From a virus, in IMG/VR virus record IMGVR_UViG_3300007511_000004, positions 64,001-128,000 of that record: a DNA stretch of 64,000 nt; one strand, given 5' to 3'. The notes under the pieces are model-generated. The model ran no database searches and was not told the origin of the DNA. It saw nothing but the letters and a program-made list of their open reading frames with translations. Below are positions 9,981-20,290 of the stretch, in pieces (position 1 is the stretch's first letter; each line of letters begins with the position of its first letter). The position numbers and the translations under genes were made by a program.

Positions 9981-11439
9981 TAGTGGAATTGCGATGGAGT
10001 TAAACGAGTTCTTTTCGTTTTTCGTTCCTGGCTACAAATTTATGCCAGCGTATAAGAATAAGGTATGGGATGGTAAAGTCCGTTTATTTAATCGAAATAC
10101 CTATGAATTACCCGTAGGCCTATACCATTATCTTAGTCATTTTGCAAAGAAACGGGGTTACGAGATTGATCTGATAGAGGGTACAGTTGGTTATCCTACA
10201 GATAAAAATCAGGTAGATCCGAAGGCGATATTAGAATTCCTGAAGTCTTTGAATCTTTCATCACGCGGTAATCCTATTGATGTAAGAGATTATCAGTTTC
10301 AGGCTATCTGCACGGGCATACAAGATAGAAGATCTATCCTACTTTCACCAACTGGGTCGGGTAAGTCCTTAATTATATACTCATTGCTCCGATGGTATCT
10401 TGATAACCATGATGATAAGATTCTGGTTATTGTTCCAACCACATCTTTGGTTGAGCAAATGCATTCAGACTTCGCCGACTATTCTGCAAAGGATCCTACC
10501 TTTAACGGCAAAGAGATGTGTCACACTATCTTCTCAGGTCGACCTAAAAATAATATAGAGCAGCGAGTTGTTATCAGCACATGGCAATCTGTCTATAAAC
10601 TCCCTGGTACTTGGTTCGATCAATTTGGAGCGGTTTTCGGTGATGAGTGTCATGGTTTCAAATCCAAATCATTGACCTCCATTATGAACAAATCGCGGCG
10701 CGCAGCTTATCGATTTGGAACAACAGGAACACTTGACGGAACACAAACTCATGAACTCGTACTCCAAGGTTTATTCGGAAAGGTATATGATGTAACAACT
10801 ACTAAGAAGCTCCAGGAAAATGACACCCTTGCAGAATTAGATATCTCGATGCTATCCCTTAAACATCCTAAATCTATCGGGAAAGACTGGGGTAAGCGGA
10901 CGTATCAAGAGGAGATAGATTATATTGTAAGGAACGATGAGCGTAATAAATTCATTAAGAATCTGGCATTAGATCAGAAGGGTAATACCCTAGTATTGTT
11001 CCAATTTGTGGAGAAGCATGGTAAACCCCTATATACTATGATAAAGGATGATGCTAAAGAAGGACAAAGGGTTTATTTCGTAAGTGGTGAGGTTGAAACA
11101 GAAGATCGAGAAGCCATTCGAGGAATCGTAGAGCAACAATCTAATTCGGTGATTGTCGCCTCGCTCGGTACCTTTTCCACAGGTATTAACATCAGGAACC
11201 TACACAATATCATCTTCGCCTCTCCTTCTAAATCTCAGATACGGGTACTACAGTCAATTGGCCGTGGGCTTCGTAAGTCTGATAATAACCAAGCTACTCA
11301 TCTGTTTGATATTGTGGATGACATCACAGGCAATAAAGCTAAGAAGAACTTTGCCTTTCAGCATGGAGCAGAACGTCTAAAGATCTATGAGAAGCAGGGA
11401 TTTAACTATAAGATATATAAGATAGATTTAAATGAGTGA
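9925..11439 (+). CDS. uvsW: DNA helicase UvsW
   Basis: SPTGSGKS, GDECHG, GTTGT, LQSIGRGLR. Confidence 0.96.
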   Translation: MEKITVQKNTHVSLNLSCNSGIAMELNEFFSFFVPGYKFMPAYKNKVWDGKVRLFNRNTYELPVGLYHYLSHFAKKRGYEIDLIEGTVGYPTDKNQVDPKAILEFLKSLNLSSRGNPIDVRDYQFQAICTGIQDRRSILLSPTGSGKSLIIYSLLRWYLDNHDDKILVIVPTTSLVEQMHSDFADYSAKDPTFNGKEMCHTIFSGRPKNNIEQRVVISTWQSVYKLPGTWFDQFGAVFGDECHGFKSKSLTSIMNKSRRAAYRFGTTGTLDGTQTHELVLQGLFGKVYDVTTTKKLQENDTLAELDISMLSLKHPKSIGKDWGKRTYQEEIDYIVRNDERNKFIKNLALDQKGNTLVLFQFVEKHGKPLYTMIKDDAKEGQRVYFVSGEVETEDREAIRGIVEQQSNSVIVASLGTFSTGINIRNLHNIIFASPSKSQIRVLQSIGRGLRKSDNNQATHLFDIVDDITGNKAKKNFAFQHGAERLKIYEKQGFNYKIYKIDLNE

Positions 11440-11776
11440 ATACGCAATATTACAATATAAGCTACTAACCGGAGAGGAAGTTATCTCTGAAGTAGTTGCC
11501 TGGCCGGATGATAGTAATGATGTAGGTAAACTCATTTTGAGGAACCCTCTCACTATTAAATTTGATATGGAACAGACTGGTTATTATCTAATGCCATTCA
11601 TGGCCAATCAAATATGCGAAGACTGCGAGATAGGACTAGATCCATATTCAATAATATCAGAGGCACATCCTAGTGACCAAATGATAATGAAATATAAGAA
11701 GATAACAGAATATCTCATGGGAGATGCAGATGATCCAGACTTCTACATTGATGATATACCAGAGTTCTTACACTAG
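11432..11776 (+). CDS. Conserved T4-like hypothetical protein (Sm-like fold likely)
   Basis: KLLTGEEVI...LILRNPL pattern, usual position between uvsW and gp55. Confidence 0.55.
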   Translation: MSEYAILQYKLLTGEEVISEVVAWPDDSNDVGKLILRNPLTIKFDMEQTGYYLMPFMANQICEDCEIGLDPYSIISEAHPSDQMIMKYKKITEYLMGDADDPDFYIDDIPEFLH

Positions 11777-11815
11777 TATTCTATCCCACCCAAAAGGGTC
11801 TTTTATATTATACCG
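11774..11815. repeat. 42-bp exact repeat, copy 1 (copy 2 at 58527-58568)
   Basis: TAGTATTCTATCCCACCCAAAAGGGTCTTTTATATTATACCG at both loci. Confidence 0.95.
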
Positions 11816-11841
11816 AGGTTCGATCGGTTTGTAAACCCCCT
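11807..11841 (-). promoter_or_regulatory. Antisense sigma70-type phage promoter
   Basis: Minus strand GGGGGTTTACA-17 nt-TATAAT. Confidence 0.75.
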
Positions 11842-11889
11842 AAATGAAAAAAAATGATCTTTTTTTAGAAAATATTTTACATAAAACTG

Positions 11890-11918
11890 TTTACACCTAT
11901 GTGTGGATATGATATAAT
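11890..11918 (+). promoter_or_regulatory. Early/middle promoter for gp55 operon
   Basis: TTTACA-17 nt-TATAAT. Confidence 0.8.
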
Positions 11919-11938
11919 ATAGTATGAAAGGAGCGAAA

Positions 11939-12523
11939 ATGGCAAAGAAAAAACAAAGTATTCATTATGTTAATAATGCAGAATTCTCGAACGCTGTAGT
12001 AGAATATGTAAAATCTGTCAACGAGGCAGAGAAGAACAAAGAAACAATCCCAATTGTACCTGATTACATTGCGACCTGCTTTCTTCGTATCGCTGAAGGA
12101 TTATCCCACAAATCAAACTTTATTCGATACACCTATCGCGAAGAGATGGTGATGGATGCAGTAGAGAATTGTCTCAAAGCAGTGCGGAATTATAATATCG
12201 AAGCGGCTACTCGAACAGGTAAACCGAATGCGTTTGCATATTTCACACAGATTAGTTGGTATGCATTCCTTCGGAGGATTGAAAAAGAGAAGAAGCAACA
12301 TGACGTAAAATTACGATATCTTACAGAATCCGGTATAGAAAACTTTATTGCAGATGAGGATATAACTAATCCTAGTATCAATTCCTTTGTGGATCAACTT
12401 AAGGATCGCATTGATAAGATCAAGTGCCAGGATCAGAATATCAAGGAATATAAGAAGAAGATAAAACCCCCTCGCAGACGCCGCGTAGTGGTTGACTCGG
12501 ACTTATCAGGATTTTTAGAATAA
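11939..12523 (+). CDS. gp55: Late-transcription sigma factor
   Basis: HYVNNAEF, YREEMVMDAVENCL, NAFAYFTQISWYAFLRRI. Confidence 0.96.
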   Translation: MAKKKQSIHYVNNAEFSNAVVEYVKSVNEAEKNKETIPIVPDYIATCFLRIAEGLSHKSNFIRYTYREEMVMDAVENCLKAVRNYNIEAATRTGKPNAFAYFTQISWYAFLRRIEKEKKQHDVKLRYLTESGIENFIADEDITNPSINSFVDQLKDRIDKIKCQDQNIKEYKKKIKPPRRRRVVVDSDLSGFLE

Positions 12524-13585
12524 ATGCACGTAGCAATTTTAAACGATACACACTGTGGTATACGTAATTCCTCTGATGTATTTGGGAACAACGCCGAGAA
12601 ATTTTATTCCGAGGTGTTTTTCCCATACCTGATGGAAAATGGCATTAAGCGGATCCTTCACCTGGGTGATGTGTTCGATAATCGTAAATTCATTAACTTT
12701 AAGGCTCTGAATGGATATCGAAAGGCCTTCCTCTCTAAGCTTCGAGAGTATGGGATTCATATGGATGTTATCCCGGGCAATCACGATACCTATTATAAGA
12801 ATACAAATGAGTTGAATTCCCTTAAGGAATTGCTGGGGCATTATATGGGAGAAGTAACTATCCATATGAATCCTACAGTAGTTAATTATGATGGATTAGA
12901 TGTTGCATTATTGCCATGGGTCTGTCAGGATAACTATGATAAATCTTTACGGTTCATTGAATCGTGTAAAGCCCCGTGGTTGGCCGGCCATCTGGAATTG
13001 AATGGATTCGATGTGATGAAGGGAATCCCTCACCATGGGGGAATGAATCCGGGTTTGTTCAATAGATTCGAACAGGTAATTTCGGGCCACTTTCACACAA
13101 AATCCGAAAAAGATAACGTACGATATCTTGGAACCCAATTAGAGTTCACTTGGAGTGACGCACATGACCCTAAACATTTCCACATTCTTGATACGTCTAC
13201 TAGAGAGCTTTTTCCTGTACACAACCCTCACACTCTTTTCCATCGTATACATTACGACGATCGTAAAAGCAATTATGATGATTTTGACCTGAGTCAGATC
13301 CATAATAAATTTGTAAAAGTTGTTGTAATTAATAGATCTGACCTATTTACATTTGACCGATTTATTGATAGAATACAATCACACCCTATCCACGATTTGA
13401 AGATCGCCGAGAACTTTAATGAGTTTGTTGGGGATAATGTTGAGGATGGGGGCATTGAACTGGAAGAAACCGAAACCTTACTTGACTCCTATGTTGATGG
13501 TGTGGATACTGACCTAGATAAGGTCCGCATCAAATTAAGTATGAGAACCCTGTTAACTGAGGCTCAGACGTTTGAAATCGCATGA
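12524..13585 (+). CDS. gp47: Recombination nuclease subunit (Mre11/SbcD-like)
   Basis: DTHCG, LGDVFD, GNHD, SGHFH. Confidence 0.95.
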   Translation: MHVAILNDTHCGIRNSSDVFGNNAEKFYSEVFFPYLMENGIKRILHLGDVFDNRKFINFKALNGYRKAFLSKLREYGIHMDVIPGNHDTYYKNTNELNSLKELLGHYMGEVTIHMNPTVVNYDGLDVALLPWVCQDNYDKSLRFIESCKAPWLAGHLELNGFDVMKGIPHHGGMNPGLFNRFEQVISGHFHTKSEKDNVRYLGTQLEFTWSDAHDPKHFHILDTSTRELFPVHNPHTLFHRIHYDDRKSNYDDFDLSQIHNKFVKVVVINRSDLFTFDRFIDRIQSHPIHDLKIAENFNEFVGDNVEDGGIELEETETLLDSYVDGVDTDLDKVRIKLSMRTLLTEAQTFEIA

Positions 13586-15312
13586 TTATATTTAAATCTC
13601 TAAAATACCGGAATTTCCTATCGACAGGAAACAACTGGACTGAAATTGATCTTACTGCCACTAAGTCTACTCTTATTGTGGGTCATAATGGCGCAGGTAA
13701 GTCGACTATGCTAGATGCTTTGTCATTTGCATTATACGGTAAAGCCCACAGGAATATCAATAAACCTCAACTGGTCAACAGTATCAATAATAAGGACTGT
13801 CAAGTTGAGGTAGAATTTACCATTGGGAAATCAGAATTCAGGATCCACCGAGGACTTAAGCCTCAGATATTCGAGATCTGGAAGAATGGCACCATGATTA
13901 ATCAGGAGGCCCGTGCACTCGAATATCAGAAGGTATTAGAGTTGAATATCTTGAAGATGACTCATAAGTCATTCCATCAGATCGTAGTCTTGGGCAGCTC
14001 TTCGTTCATCCCATTCATGCAGCTTTCAGCTCAACATCGACGGGCAGTTATTGAGGATTTACTTGACATTAACGTATTCTCTAAAATGAATATATTAATT
14101 AAGAGTAAGCAGGGGATACTCCGGGATAAGATAAGAGAATTAGATTACAACCTCGAGCTAAACGAGAACCGTATCGATACTCAGAAAAAGTATATCAGAG
14201 ATATCGACGCAATGAATAACGAGGAGATCCTTGAGAAAAAGTCTCGCATTAAGGAAACCCAGGGCGAAATTCAGCGATTAGAGGATGAAAATTCGATCTC
14301 AAATGAGATAGTAGGTTCGAAACAAGAAGAGGTGACCCGCCAACTTAATGCTGCACATGATCGAAAGCAGTCAATCCTATCCTATAAAAATACCTTTAAT
14401 ACCCAGATTAAAAGTCTAGTCAAGGAAGCTAAATTCTACGAGGATAATACTGCATGTCCAACGTGTACGCAAGAAATTGTAGAGGAAGTACGTGAGGGAA
14501 AACTCCATCAGGTAAAGAAAGAGGCCACTACTCTACAAGAGGCATTAACAAAAGCTGAAGATGAAGCAGGCAAAATTGCGGACGAGATCACTCGGTTTTC
14601 CGAAAAGGTTGATGAGCTTAGAAAAGAGGAATTCAAAATCCGCGGTAATAATCAGGAGATCGGTAGGCTTCAGAAGACCATCGATACTCTTAATAAAGAT
14701 ATCGAGCGGCTATCAGTTCGGGGTGGGGATCTTAATACTGCCAAGTGCGAATTGGAAGAGCTTCAATCTACGCGCGAAGATCTTCGTAATAGTAAATTCC
14801 AGGAGAATGAATCATATAGCTATAATGCATGCATTGCAGAGATGCTAAAGGACACCGGTATCAAAACGAAAGTTATCAAGCAATATCTGCCGGTCATTAA
14901 TAAATTGGTTAACCAGTATCTGCAAACCCTAGATTTTTTCGTGCATTTCGATCTAGACGAGGAGTTCAAGGAAACTATCAGATCTCGCCACCGCGACGCG
15001 TTTTCTTACGATTCGTTTTCAGAAGGTGAAAAACAGCGGGTTGATTTAGCTCTACTATTCACTTGGCGCATGATCGCTAAAATGAAGAACAGTGTATCCA
15101 CCAATCTTCTATTATTGGATGAGACCTTTGACTCCTCTTTGGACCATGAGGGCGTAGATAACTTGATGAAGATTTTGTATACCCTTGAGGATGATACTAA
15201 TACTTTCGTGATTAGCCATAAGGGGGAAATCCTAGATGGTAAATTCAAGCGAAAGATTGAATTTGTGAAAGAGAAAAATTTCTCAAAAATCGCAACTTTG
15301 GGGGTTACATAA
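13582..15312 (+). CDS. gp46: Recombination ATPase subunit (Rad50/SbcC-like)
   Basis: GHNGAGKST, CPTC hook, FSEGEK, LLLLDE. Confidence 0.96.
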   Translation: MIIFKSLKYRNFLSTGNNWTEIDLTATKSTLIVGHNGAGKSTMLDALSFALYGKAHRNINKPQLVNSINNKDCQVEVEFTIGKSEFRIHRGLKPQIFEIWKNGTMINQEARALEYQKVLELNILKMTHKSFHQIVVLGSSSFIPFMQLSAQHRRAVIEDLLDINVFSKMNILIKSKQGILRDKIRELDYNLELNENRIDTQKKYIRDIDAMNNEEILEKKSRIKETQGEIQRLEDENSISNEIVGSKQEEVTRQLNAAHDRKQSILSYKNTFNTQIKSLVKEAKFYEDNTACPTCTQEIVEEVREGKLHQVKKEATTLQEALTKAEDEAGKIADEITRFSEKVDELRKEEFKIRGNNQEIGRLQKTIDTLNKDIERLSVRGGDLNTAKCELEELQSTREDLRNSKFQENESYSYNACIAEMLKDTGIKTKVIKQYLPVINKLVNQYLQTLDFFVHFDLDEEFKETIRSRHRDAFSYDSFSEGEKQRVDLALLFTWRMIAKMKNSVSTNLLLLDETFDSSLDHEGVDNLMKILYTLEDDTNTFVISHKGEILDGKFKRKIEFVKEKNFSKIATLGVT

Positions 15313-15333
15313 TTCCTAATTTTGTGTTATAAT
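15304..15333 (+). promoter_or_regulatory. Early/middle promoter
   Basis: GGGGTTACA-18 nt-TATAAT upstream of gp45. Confidence 0.6.
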
Positions 15334-15355
15334 TATTAAATATCTAATGGAGTTT

Positions 15356-16045
15356 ATGATGCAACTGAATGATAATACGATCCAAGTTCTTAAGAACTTC
15401 GCTCAGATCAATCCTAATATTCTCATCGATAAAGGTAATTCTATCAAGACCATTGCCGAAGCCAAGAATGTGTTCGCAAAGGCTACGCTTAACGATGAAT
15501 TCCCATCTCGATTTGGAATTTACGATCTAAACGAGTTTCTGAGTGTAATTAACCTAGTCGATTCCCCTGATTTTAAACCTGAGGCCGGTTTTGCTACTAT
15601 TAGCGATGGTTCGGGTAGATCTAAGATCAAGTACTACTTTACTGATCCCAATCATCTTACTACCCCAACTCGCGATGTAAAGATGCCGGAAGGTGATGTG
15701 TCATTCCGACTTGACACCGAAACCCTTAACCGACTTAAATCTGCAGCAGGGGCGCTCGGACACGGAAGTGTATCGGTTACCCCATCAGATGGGATACTCG
15801 TCCTTACGGTATTTGATGAGGATAATAACACAGGTAACACCTATTCGATTGAAATTTCCGGTAAATATAACACATCGGCAGATTTTAAATTTGTCTTTAA
15901 TATTGGCAACCTAAAAAAGCTAATTTCGACTACGTATAATGTAGAGATTTCTTCCTCATTGGTTGCTCACTTTAAATCTGAAGAATCAGATCTTTCAATT
16001 GAATATTTTGTAGCGCTAGAAAAAACAAGTAAATATGGAGAATAA
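15356..16045 (+). CDS. gp45: Sliding clamp
   Basis: VLKNFAQINPNIL, FGIYDLNEFL, YFVALE. Confidence 0.95.
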   Translation: MMQLNDNTIQVLKNFAQINPNILIDKGNSIKTIAEAKNVFAKATLNDEFPSRFGIYDLNEFLSVINLVDSPDFKPEAGFATISDGSGRSKIKYYFTDPNHLTTPTRDVKMPEGDVSFRLDTETLNRLKSAAGALGHGSVSVTPSDGILVLTVFDEDNNTGNTYSIEISGKYNTSADFKFVFNIGNLKKLISTTYNVEISSSLVAHFKSEESDLSIEYFVALEKTSKYGE

Positions 16046-16046
16046 T

Positions 16047-16235
16047 ATGTCAGATCTTGCGAACAACGCCAACCAAGTCGCCCGAAGCACCGTAGCGGTG
16101 ATCGATACCATTACTCAACGTGGTGGATTTAAGGGCGAAGAACTTAGCACAATTGGTCGACTTCGTGATCAATGTAGCCTACTACAACAGCTTGCCGAAC
16201 AGGCTTTGGAGGATCAACCAGACGAGAGCGCCTGA
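16047..16235 (+). CDS. Hypothetical protein
   Basis: GGAG RBS; small ORF between gp45 and gp44. Confidence 0.7.
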   Translation: MSDLANNANQVARSTVAVIDTITQRGGFKGEELSTIGRLRDQCSLLQQLAEQALEDQPDESA

Positions 16236-16295
16236 TATATCGGGCCTTAAGCCACTTAACGTCACATACATAATACATAATGCATTGGTGAAAAT

Positions 16296-17234
16296 ATGTC
16301 AGATGATTTCCTTTGGTGTGAAAAATATCGCCCCGATAAAGTGGAGGATACCATCCTCCCTCCCGGTCTAAAAAAGACTTTTAATGAGTTAGTTGTAACG
16401 GGAAAACTTCCCAATATGTTGTTTACAGGTACTGCTGGCTTGGGTAAAACCACGGTAGCAAAGGCCCTGTGTAACGAATTGAATCTCGATTACATTGTTA
16501 TCAACGGGTCGGAGGATGGTAACATTGATACCCTTCGCGGTAAGATTAGACAGTTTGCCTCAACCATCTCTTTGCAGGGTGGATATAAGGTTGTTATCCT
16601 AGATGAGGCGGATTACCTAAATCCTAACTCGACACAGCCGGCTCTTCGTGGATTCATTGAGGAGTTTGCTAATAACTGTCGATTTATTCTGACTGCGAAT
16701 TTCAAGAACCGTATTATCGAACCCCTCCATTCTAGATGTTCGATTTACGAATTTAATACCACTCGTAAGGAGATGGCGGATCTTGCCGCTGGATTCTTTG
16801 AACGGATGAAATATATTCTAGAACAGGAAAATGTCAAATATGATACAAAACCTGTTGCAGAGCTGATTATCAAGTATGCGCCTGATTGGCGTCGAGTGAT
16901 TAACGAATGCCAGCGATACGCAATCTCTGGTGAAATTGACGCAGGTATTCTGGTGAATATCAGTGACGTGTCCTACAATTCCTTATTCATCTCGCTTAAG
17001 AAGAAAGACTTCAAAGCGATGCGAAAATGGGTGGTAGAGAATATCGACACTGAGCCGTCTGCGATCTTCCGAGCAATTTATGATAGGATGAATGATAAAG
17101 TTAAGGCACAGTCAATACCTGCTTTGGTATTAATCCTTGCTGACTATCAACATAAAACTGCATTTGTAGCGGATCATGAATTGAATGTTGTTGCTTGTTT
17201 AACCGAAATTATGAGTAGTGTGGAGTTTATATAA
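16296..17234 (+). CDS. gp44: Clamp loader large subunit
   Basis: WCEKYRP, GTAGLGKTT, ILDEAD, PLHSRC. Confidence 0.97.
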   Translation: MSDDFLWCEKYRPDKVEDTILPPGLKKTFNELVVTGKLPNMLFTGTAGLGKTTVAKALCNELNLDYIVINGSEDGNIDTLRGKIRQFASTISLQGGYKVVILDEADYLNPNSTQPALRGFIEEFANNCRFILTANFKNRIIEPLHSRCSIYEFNTTRKEMADLAAGFFERMKYILEQENVKYDTKPVAELIIKYAPDWRRVINECQRYAISGEIDAGILVNISDVSYNSLFISLKKKDFKAMRKWVVENIDTEPSAIFRAIYDRMNDKVKAQSIPALVLILADYQHKTAFVADHELNVVACLTEIMSSVEFI

Positions 17235-17833
17235 TGGCAATTATTTACGATATTGAGACCCTAAGTCAAGACCAATATAGAGGCGTGATCGTATCCATGG
17301 CTCTCTTGGAGTTTGACTTAAATCGTCTTAAATACGGTAAACCTTATACATGGGAAGGTTTACTAGAGGATGTACAGCTCGTCAAATTTGATGTAGAATC
17401 ACAGGTAAAGAAGCACGGGCGACATATCGCGCCCGATACCCTAAACTGGTGGAAGGATCAACCGCCATCGGCCCAGAAGCAATTAGCCCCCAGTAAGGAT
17501 GATGTGTCATTATCTGAACTATATAGTTGGTTCATTAGTAATGTGACGGGTCCGGTAGATGTGGCGTATACCCGTAGTAACACTTTCGATCCAGTGTTTA
17601 TCCAATTCGCCTGCGAGCAATTTGGAGATACGATGCCTCATCCATGGTGGGTAACTCGAGACACCCGAAGCACTATCGATGGGATGGCATGGGGCGAGGA
17701 TATTAATAATAAATTCATTCCCGAGGGGCTAGAGGAAAAATTCATTGCACATGACCCAGCTCATGATATTGTAATGGATGTCATGCGGATCCAATATCTT
17801 TCGCGGATCCTAGTAGACGAAATCCCATTTTAG
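17234..17833 (+). CDS. dexA: DEDDh 3'-5' exonuclease (DexA-like)
   Basis: YDIETL, SNTFD, RDTRS, AHDPAHD. Confidence 0.75.
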   Translation: MAIIYDIETLSQDQYRGVIVSMALLEFDLNRLKYGKPYTWEGLLEDVQLVKFDVESQVKKHGRHIAPDTLNWWKDQPPSAQKQLAPSKDDVSLSELYSWFISNVTGPVDVAYTRSNTFDPVFIQFACEQFGDTMPHPWWVTRDTRSTIDGMAWGEDINNKFIPEGLEEKFIAHDPAHDIVMDVMRIQYLSRILVDEIPF

Positions 17834-17841
17834 GAAAACGT

Positions 17842-18225
17842 ATGAGTAAAAGCCCGTTCGATTACCTAAACGCTATCAATATGAATAAAAAAGATATCAT
17901 GACAGATGATATCGATGAAAAGGCATATGTGCCATTTGTCGTTAACCGATCCCTTTCATATTTCCCTGATACCGTACTCTTTGCAAATGAAATGAATCAA
18001 AACCACCATTTGGATAATCGGCTTCAGTTCGATTTCTATCTTAATGGGATTCGAAAGAAGAAGCGATTCTCTAAGTGGGCCAAATCGAATCCTCATAAGG
18101 ATATTGATACGGTAAAAGAATCCTACGGTTATAATACTACTAGAGCACTCGAAGTATTGTCCATCCTAACAAAGGAACAAGTTGAGGCTCTAAGGGTAAA
18201 TCTTCGTGGCGGCCGAAATCCATAA
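17842..18225 (+). CDS. gp62: Clamp loader small subunit
   Basis: FVVNRSLSYFPD, LQFDFY, KKRFSKW. Confidence 0.93.
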   Translation: MSKSPFDYLNAINMNKKDIMTDDIDEKAYVPFVVNRSLSYFPDTVLFANEMNQNHHLDNRLQFDFYLNGIRKKKRFSKWAKSNPHKDIDTVKESYGYNTTRALEVLSILTKEQVEALRVNLRGGRNP

Positions 18226-18236
18226 GATCCAATTTA

Positions 18237-18244
18237 TATAAATA
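18237..18244 (+). promoter_or_regulatory. Late promoter TATAAATA
   Basis: Exact consensus upstream of regA/kinase. Confidence 0.65.
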
Positions 18245-18303
18245 ATATAGTCATGAAATATATCATGTAATAAATTATAAAATATAAGAAGCGGAATTCG
18301 ATT

Positions 18304-18726
18304 ATGGAAGAAAGTAAATTATACGAATGGGAGCCTAGAGCAATGCTTGAGGTAACCCTAGCGAACCCAGATGATTTTTTAAAAGTAAAAGAAACCTTGA
18401 CCCGTATCGGGGTGGCTTCTCGTAAGGATCGGAAGCTATATCAATCGTGTCACATCTTACACAAACAGGGACGATATTTCATCGTTCATTTCAAAGAGCT
18501 ATTTCTATTAGATGGTAAAAAGTCAAACCTAGAAGAGAATGATGTTGCTCGTAGGAATACTATTGCAACCCTTTTAAGTGACTGGGGCCTAATTGAAATT
18601 TCAACGGGTAATCCTCAGCTCTTAGCCCCATTACGTCAGATCAAGATCCTTTCATTTAAAGAAAAAGATCAATGGGATCTGTGCCCGAAATATAACATAG
18701 GCTCGACCCGGTCAGTTAATGCATAG
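18304..18726 (+). CDS. regA: Translational repressor RegA
   Basis: DDFLKVKETLTRIG, LYQSCHILHKQGRYFIVHFKELF. Confidence 0.97.
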   Translation: MEESKLYEWEPRAMLEVTLANPDDFLKVKETLTRIGVASRKDRKLYQSCHILHKQGRYFIVHFKELFLLDGKKSNLEENDVARRNTIATLLSDWGLIEISTGNPQLLAPLRQIKILSFKEKDQWDLCPKYNIGSTRSVNA

Positions 18727-18740
18727 GAAACTTACCAAAA

Positions 18741-19406
18741 ATGGACGACTTTAAAACCTTTATCCAAGAGGGGGTTAATGACCCCGCTATCTTTAAAGCA
18801 GTATTTTTGGCGGGTGGACCGGGATCAGGAAAAAGTTTCATTGTTGGTAGAACCGCCCTCAGCGCGCTGGGATTTAAAGTAATTAACTCTGATGATATAT
18901 TTGAAATTGCTCTTAAAAAGGCTAATATGAAGCCCGATCCTGAAACGATCTTCTCTCCGAAGGGCCAAGAGATTCGATCTAAAGCAAAAGCGCTTACTGG
19001 TAAAAAATTAGAATTAGCCCTTGACGGGAGATTGGGATTGGTCATTGACGGGACTGGTAAGAACTATGATAAGATCAGTAAACAGGCTACCGAACTGAGA
19101 AAACTCGGCTATGAAGTCAGTATGATCTTCGTCAATACGACAGAGGAGACCGCAGTCGCTCGCAACCACGAGAGGCCTCGAAGCTTACCGGATGACACCG
19201 TTAAAAGAATGTGGAAAGATGTCCAGAAGAATCTAGGTAAATTCCAAAGCTTCTTTCGTAATAAAATGTACGTAGTCGACAATTCCGAAGACGTAAACTG
19301 GCAGTCCGCCACACTTAAAGCTTATAAAGAAATCTCTAAATGGGCTAAGACGAAACCTGCATCTAAAGCAGCTAAAACCTGGATCGCTCACCAAAAGAAG
19401 AGCTGA
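18741..19406 (+). CDS. P-loop kinase (zeta-toxin/polynucleotide-kinase-like)
   Basis: AGGPGSGKS, INSD, VIDGTG, RNHERPR lid. Confidence 0.75.
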   Translation: MDDFKTFIQEGVNDPAIFKAVFLAGGPGSGKSFIVGRTALSALGFKVINSDDIFEIALKKANMKPDPETIFSPKGQEIRSKAKALTGKKLELALDGRLGLVIDGTGKNYDKISKQATELRKLGYEVSMIFVNTTEETAVARNHERPRSLPDDTVKRMWKDVQKNLGKFQSFFRNKMYVVDNSEDVNWQSATLKAYKEISKWAKTKPASKAAKTWIAHQKKS

Positions 19407-19453
19407 TGAATACCAGGTATTCAAAAAAGTGTTAGCTATACCATCTATAATTG

Positions 19454-19461
19454 TATAAATA
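19454..19461 (+). promoter_or_regulatory. Late promoter TATAAATA
   Basis: Exact consensus upstream of hsp20. Confidence 0.65.
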
Positions 19462-19519
19462 AAATGAGTGCGGAATAATCCGGCTCGAAATAATCTTGCT
19501 TGATCAAAAGGAGATACAC

Positions 19520-19993
19520 ATGACAGGCGTACAATCACTATTCCCACGTTCATCTTTCGTTGGATTTGACCATTTACTCAATGAGTTAGAGTTCACTGCT
19601 AAACACGCTCAAGACCATTATCCCCCACATAATATCATTAAAACGGGTGATCAAGATTACCTAATTGAAATGGCTGTAGCGGGATTCGCAATGGATGAAC
19701 TATCTGTTGAAGTTAAGGATCGCACCTTGACCGTAACAGGGGAACATATTTCTAAGGGTCGGGAATTTATCTATCGTGGTATTTCCACAAAGAAGTTCAA
19801 ACGTACCTTTAGGCTGTCTGAACACGTAAAAGTAAACGGAGCAGATTTCAAAGACGGAGTACTGTCAGTAATTCTGAAGTACGAAGTCCCGGAAAATCAG
19901 CGTCCTCGTAAAATCGAAATCGGTCATTACGAGGAAATCACACATGACGCATCTAGTTCTAACACTAAACAACTACTTAACGAGTCCAGTTGA
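19520..19993 (+). CDS. hsp20: Small heat-shock protein (Hsp20/IbpA-like)
   Basis: YPPHNI, EMAVAGF, YRGIS, DGVLSV; AAGGAG RBS. Confidence 0.93.
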   Translation: MTGVQSLFPRSSFVGFDHLLNELEFTAKHAQDHYPPHNIIKTGDQDYLIEMAVAGFAMDELSVEVKDRTLTVTGEHISKGREFIYRGISTKKFKRTFRLSEHVKVNGADFKDGVLSVILKYEVPENQRPRKIEIGHYEEITHDASSSNTKQLLNESS

Positions 19994-20231
19994 ATACTTT
20001 CTATTAAAAGTAAAATCTATTGCTGGGCGGGTTTACGAAGCATTGATTCAAGCGCAGACTAAAAGAGCGCTTGTAGCTGTTCGCCAAGAATTGGCGAAAC
20101 ATCGAATGTATAAGGAAACCTATGATCAACTATGGAGGCTAAGGGATTCCGAATTGAAAGATATCGGTATCTCTCGTGGGGAAATCCACGAGATTGCCCT
20201 TCAAGCTTTTATAGACGAGAAAAATAGATAA
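19944..20231 (+). CDS. DUF1127 (YjiS-like) protein
   Basis: QLWRLRDSELKDIGISRGEI matches the LxxLxDxxLxDIGxxR signature. Confidence 0.8.
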   Translation: MTHLVLTLNNYLTSPVEYFLLKVKSIAGRVYEALIQAQTKRALVAVRQELAKHRMYKETYDQLWRLRDSELKDIGISRGEIHEIALQAFIDEKNR

Positions 20232-20290
20232 ACTATGGGATGGGGCTCTCAGCCCTATCCTATCACACACACAACACATGGAGAAATACG

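Noticed and set aside
20232-20290. Cuckoo (CCUCCUCCC) sRNA repeats after the DUF1127 gene
   Set aside because: The motif is absent; only a single hairpin is present
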